From Prorocentrum cordatum (lineage: Eukaryota): a stretch of DNA of 53,635 nucleotides. A model generated the notes under the pieces. The model saw only the letters and a list, made by a program, of their open reading frames with translations, did not search any database and was not told the origin of the DNA. Shown one piece after another: positions 49,410 to 53,635 of this stretch (the first letter of the stretch is position 1; every line of letters starts with the position of its first letter). The stretch lies in NCBI GenBank assembly GCA_963575745.1, contig CAUYUJ010000305.1, forward strand, positions 62,001 to 115,635, given 5' to 3'. A program made the translations under genes and the position numbers.

Positions 49410-50428
49410 CTACAGCAAAATGCCGTCGACGGTGCTGGCGATGACTGCATCTGTGAAGCCAAGCTTCTTGAGCTCAACCGTGTTGGGCATGATGTCCATC
49501 TGCCCGCTGTCTGAACCCTTCACCTCGACTAGTTCGGCCGTCTCGTCACCAGATATCAACCAGAGCTTCCCGCGGAAGCCTTGGGCGCCGAGTTTGTATG
49601 AATCATTCCACTTGTTCGTGCTGCGCGCCACGTCCATCACATTGGACCAGAGTATGCCGAGCACGCGGTTGACCTTCCTGATCTCGGGCGGGGCGTCCAT
49701 GCGAATCTTCAGCTTGATGGTGGCTCGGTTGGTCGGGTCGTCCCATGTCACACCGAGGGTGCGGGCTCTGGTGAGGAAGTCCTTCGCGTTGGAATTCGAA
49801 TCGAAAATGATAATGTACGCGGACTGAAAGTTGTGAACCTTTGGCATTGCAGTGTCTCCGTCTGGCACGCGTCGTTTGATCAAGTCTGTCGCGTACTTAG
49901 TCATGACCGTGCCCATCATCGCACGTGGGAAACCAGCAATCCATATCTTGCAATTATTCGAGTCATTCCCTTGACTTGAGGACGACCCCGCATTCGACCC
50001 CGCATTCGAGGCCCTTGATGACGGTGTTTGAGAACGTAATGCAGCAAGTTCAGCTTTTGCCCTGGCCGTGTCATTCTTCACTTGCTCGATGGAGACTGTA
50101 ATGGCACGTTGCACCTCGGCATTGGCGGCTGCGACAGCTTCGGCATGGCTGGACTGAGCTTTGACCTCCAGGTTTGCAATGCGCTCATTCATGGCAGCGA
50201 GCTGGGTGTCGTGCTCCGCCAGCGAAGTCTTTAACTCCAAAGATATCTTCTTTAGTGGCTAATGCGGCTTGACCATGCTGGATGTTGGTGAGCATATCAA
50301 AGAGCCGTGACATGTCTGAGTTGCCATTCCCACCTTTGCCGTCTCCTTTTCTCCATGGTGCGCGGGAACTTGAGGTCGCGTCCATCAGAGTTCGCAGTCT
50401 CGGTGATCTCCATATCCTCAGACGCCAT
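49410..50428 (-). pseudogene. LINE-C ORF1 (coiled coil plus RRM-like region), with two frameshifts near the N terminus
   Basis: ATG at 50428 (MASEDMEITE..); heptad-like LAEHDTQLAAMNERIANLEVKA; then KIWIAGFP...AYIIIFDS..AKDFL; positioned directly upstream of the APE domain. Confidence 0.78.
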
Positions 50429-50603
50429 CTGTTGCACCGATGGGGCGAAAACAAATACTGCTCACCTGCGGGCGCAGGAGGCAGGCGGCCAGTGGGGCGG
50501 ACCACTGAGCGCAAGAAGGATGTCGAGCGCAAAGGCTCTGGCACTGCCGCGGACTAGCGGTATCCGTGAAGGCCAATGCGGGCTCAGCCCGCCAAAGCAG
50601 ACC

Positions 50604-50625
50604 CTTGAGCCAAAATGGCTACGGA
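50604..50625 (-). other. Complete dinoflagellate spliced leader (22/22)
   Basis: The reverse complement reads TCCGTAGCCATTTTGGCTCAAG. Confidence 0.97.
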
Positions 50626-51807
50626 AGGAGGAGGAAGAGGAGGAGGAGGAGGAGGAGGAGGACAAGGAGGAGGAAAAGGAGAAGGATAAGTAGGAGGAGG
50701 AGGAGGAGGAGGAGGAGGAGGAGGAGGAGGAGGAAAAGGCGGAGGAGGAGGAAGGAAACGGGCCCCTGGAGGCCCACGGGAGGCCCGCGGGAGATCCTGG
50801 GCGGCGGGAGGCTCCCCGCGCGGGCGCGCGCGCGCGCGGCGCGGCGAGGCGCGGCGCCGGCGGCCGCCTGGCAGGGGGCGCGGGAGCCGTCCCAAGGCGC
50901 GCGGCGGGGGCCGCGGCGGCCCCGCGGGCCCAGGCGCGCGCCCGCGGGCGGCGGCGGCCGCGAGCTGAAAGAGCCGCGGGCACCGAGGATCGCGAGGAGG
51001 GCGACGGCGGCAGCGGCGGAGGCGGCCGCGGCCGCGAGCACGGGCCCCTCGGGCGGCGGCGGCGCCGCCGCCGCCGCCGCGGAGCCTGCTGCTGCCCTTG
51101 AGGCGGAGAGCGCTGCTGTTGCCACCGAGGAAACCTGCTCCTTGCGGTCCGCCCCACTATGGTCCTGATCCTCCTCCTCCGCCTCCTCTTCCTCCTCCTC
51201 CTCGTCCTCCTCCTCCTCCTCCTCCTTCTCCTCCTCCTCCTCATCATCATCATCATTCTCCTTGTGCAGCCCTTCTACCTCCTCCACCGATTCGCAACCT
51301 TTCTCCTCAACCTCACCCCCCGTCCTCAGGCTGCTCCGCCTGTCCTTGTGCAATCATCGTTGCTTAGCCCGCTTGTTGCTGTTCCTTCCCCTTCCCCTTT
51401 CCCCTTCTCGTCACCCCTCTCCCGTTCCTCCCAATCTTTCGATGGCAACCCATGGGAGCCTCCCATGCCGTTTCGCTGTCCCTTGCGGATCGACGCCAAC
51501 CGACGCGAATCGACGCTGGTCGACGCAACATCGACGACAAACTGGCGCTAGAGTTGACGCTACATCGGCGCTGCCTCGCCGATTGCCGGACGCTAGCGCA
51601 CGCGGGTGAATTTTAAAGACGGGATTGCGAGGGTATGCGCGGCTCCTACGATTTGCTACCGAACTTTCCTCTCCGAGGAGGAGGGAGGAGGAGGAGGAGG
51701 AGGAGGAGGAGGAGGAGGAGGAGGAGGAGGAGGAGGAGGAGGAGGACGAGGAGGAGGATGAGGAGGAGGCGGGGAAGGGGGAGAAGGGGGAGGAGGGGAT
51801 AAGGAAG

Positions 51808-51839
<32 letters not shown>

Positions 51840-53105
51840 GGAGGAGGAGAGGGAGGAGGGAGGAGGGGAGGGAGGGAGGGAGGAGGAGGAGGAGGAGGAG
51901 GAGAAGGTGGAGGAGGAGGGAGGGAGGGAGAGGAGGAGAAGGGGGGAGGAGGAGGAGAGAGGAGGAGGAGGAGGAGGGAGAGGAGGAGGAGGAGGAGGAG
52001 GAGGAGGAGGAATTCTTTTCTGCCCAGACTTCTTCATAGCCTCATCTGTGTGGGCCCCCGCTGAGACGGGAGGACTCTTGCGGCTCGGCGGGGGGTCCCC
52101 GCTTGCCCAGCGATGCCCAACGGGGCATCGCGCCGCATTGCCGGCGCATCAGCGATACCTCGGCGATACATGATTCTCGTCGTCTAAGACGAAACCAAAA
52201 CGAGAATCACATCAGGTAAATACACATCGAGACTCTGTGAGATCCGGCGGATCTGGAGGATGTCTGGGGCACCGCGGCCTTCTCAGAGCTTTCTGGAGCG
52301 CTCTGGGAGCGTTCCCGAACGCTCTGATCAGAATTCTCCCCGTCCTAAGCGTCAGAACTGGGCGCGTGGGCGGCGGCACTGGGCGGTGCGCAAGATGGGG
52401 CAATTAAGGGGGAAGGGGGGAAGGCTTCTTCACAAAGGAAGCTGCTTTGGAAGGCGCCCGCCTTACACCTCTATAGAAAAGGTCCGCGCGCATTCTAAAA
52501 AGCAGGGGTCCTTCCAAGCAGCCTTCCCCTCCCCCTATTCCCCTCTTTGCGTGGCTGAGCAGAGGCCTCTTGGGTGGGGTCCGAAGCCGCGGGTTCGCGT
52601 CGTGACGACCCCAGTGCTGGCTCCCGATACCGAGAAAATCGTTCAACCTGGAACGATCGGCCGCTTCCTAAACGCCAGATCGCTCAACATCGACCGACTC
52701 TCGGCCGCTGGCGGCGTTCAACGTGGAACGCCACGCCGGCGGCGGGGTCGCCGCTGGTCGACACGACGCGAACCTACCGTAGATGGTGTCGGAGGATCGC
52801 GCCCCCTCTGCCTGCCCCGCGGTCTCCAGCGCCAGGGGGAGGGCCGGCCAGGGGGCGCGGCCTTCCGGGTAACGCCAGGGTTTGCATTTCTCCGCCTCCT
52901 CCTCCTCCTCCTCCTCCTCCTCCTCCTCCTCCTCATTGCGCATCCGCCGCGTCAGGAGAAGTAGGAGGGGGCCCTCCTTTCTCCTCCCTCCTCCCTCCTC
53001 CCTCCTCCCTGCTCCCTCCTCCTCCTCCTCCTCCTCCTCCTCTTCCTCCTCCTCCTCCTCCTCCCTCCTCCGCCTCCTCCGCCTCCTCCTCCCTCCTCCC
53101 TCCTC

Positions 53106-53635
53106 GTCGGCTTCGGCGTGGGCCAGGGGCGCCGAGCGGGGGTGCACCTGTTCAGCTCCTTGATAAGGGCGTTCCTAGAATGCTGCCGCGCGGAGACGCC
53201 GGGGGTTTGTTCGGACAGTTTGGACCTCACCGAGCCGGGGGATGCCGCGATGTCACTCCTGATGGTGCAGCTCGTGGACGACACGTTCGTCCTCCAGCCA
53301 GACGAGGCGGGGCTTGCGCGGGCGAGTGCCGGTTTAACGAAGTTCTGTCATTTCTACAGACACCGCTTCCAAGGAGGCGCAAAGGGCCCAGCGGCCATGG
53401 CAGTGGGCGGCCCCGCCCCTGTCCAAGCGGCCTGCGGCGCTGTGGACGGGACCCCAGTTCGCCCAGCCACACAGCTCGATGTTTTGAGCGTCGTCATCGA
53501 CGACGCGCTGTCGCTGGAGCCGCTGCTGGCCCGCGTGTGCGGCAGGCTGCGCGACGGAACGCGGCGCCTGGTAGCGGCGTTGACGGACCGGGGCCTCGGG
53601 CTGCCCATCCAGTCCGGCCAACTCCCTGCCCGCGT
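53106..53635 (+). mobile_element. LINE-D: 5'-truncated non-LTR reverse transcriptase fragment running off the window (absent from the ORF track)
   Basis: Open frame VGFGVGQGRRAGVHLF...MVQLVDDTFVL...KFCHFYRHRF..KGPAAM...VLSVVIDDALSL, matching the RT GxxQG, xxDD and LGVxID-like motifs; directly preceded by (CCT)n. Confidence 0.85.

Larger units (their letters stand above)
45714..50625 (-). mobile_element. LINE-C: full-length two-ORF non-LTR retrotransposon (L1/Tx1-like layout) capped by DinoSL
   Basis: SL, 5' UTR, ORF1, APE-RT-Cys/His ORF2 and 3' UTR; sense-strand (CCT)n on both sides (45688-45713 and 50626 onward). Confidence 0.92.

Noticed and set aside
50604..50625. SL RNA gene
   Set aside because: The SL is followed by GG and LINE 5' UTR rather than a GT donor and SL intron, so it is a retroposed leader.
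50790..51135. Very GC-rich segment as a further 5' exon of the phosphatase-like gene
   Set aside because: Several frames are open with low-complexity translations, and no start codon or splice pair can be chosen with confidence.
2763..52173. Long ORFs rich in poly-E/P/R/G/L/D or repeated peptides (e.g. 2836-4062, 16180-17568, 20094-22316, 35382-36371, 37327-38709)
   Set aside because: They are translations of microsatellites and tandem repeats that lack stop codons.

Overview
Eukaryotic, GC-rich, repeat-dense DNA from a dinoflagellate nucleus. Two copies of the dinoflagellate spliced leader (DinoSL) are present, and the hidden gene uses GC-AG/GA-AG introns. The (CCT)n richness would fit Prorocentrum, but that is inference only. 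Most entries in the ORF track are artefacts of microsatellites and tandem repeats. Real content: (1) a minus-strand multi-exon histidine acid phosphatase-like gene with 7-8 small exons between 80 and 12.2 kb (possibly 29.7 kb), which runs off the left edge and whose RHGxRxP motif reads GHGDSSP; (2) four different decayed non-LTR retrotransposons (22.2-27.5 kb, 38.5-42.9 kb with RNase H, 45.7-50.6 kb full length with a perfect DinoSL at its 5' end, and 53.1 kb to the window end), nearly all of whose ends abut (CCT)n in the same polarity; (3) an intact intronless sulfotransferase retrogene with relict SL, poly(A) and a 21-bp target-site duplication; (4) minisatellite-carrying elements with subterminal inverted repeats and a terminal hairpin (Helentron/DINE-like), one with an empty-site copy in the window; (5) many MITE-like palindromes, satellites and microsatellites. 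All calls are by eye, with no database searches; ends of decayed elements are approximate.
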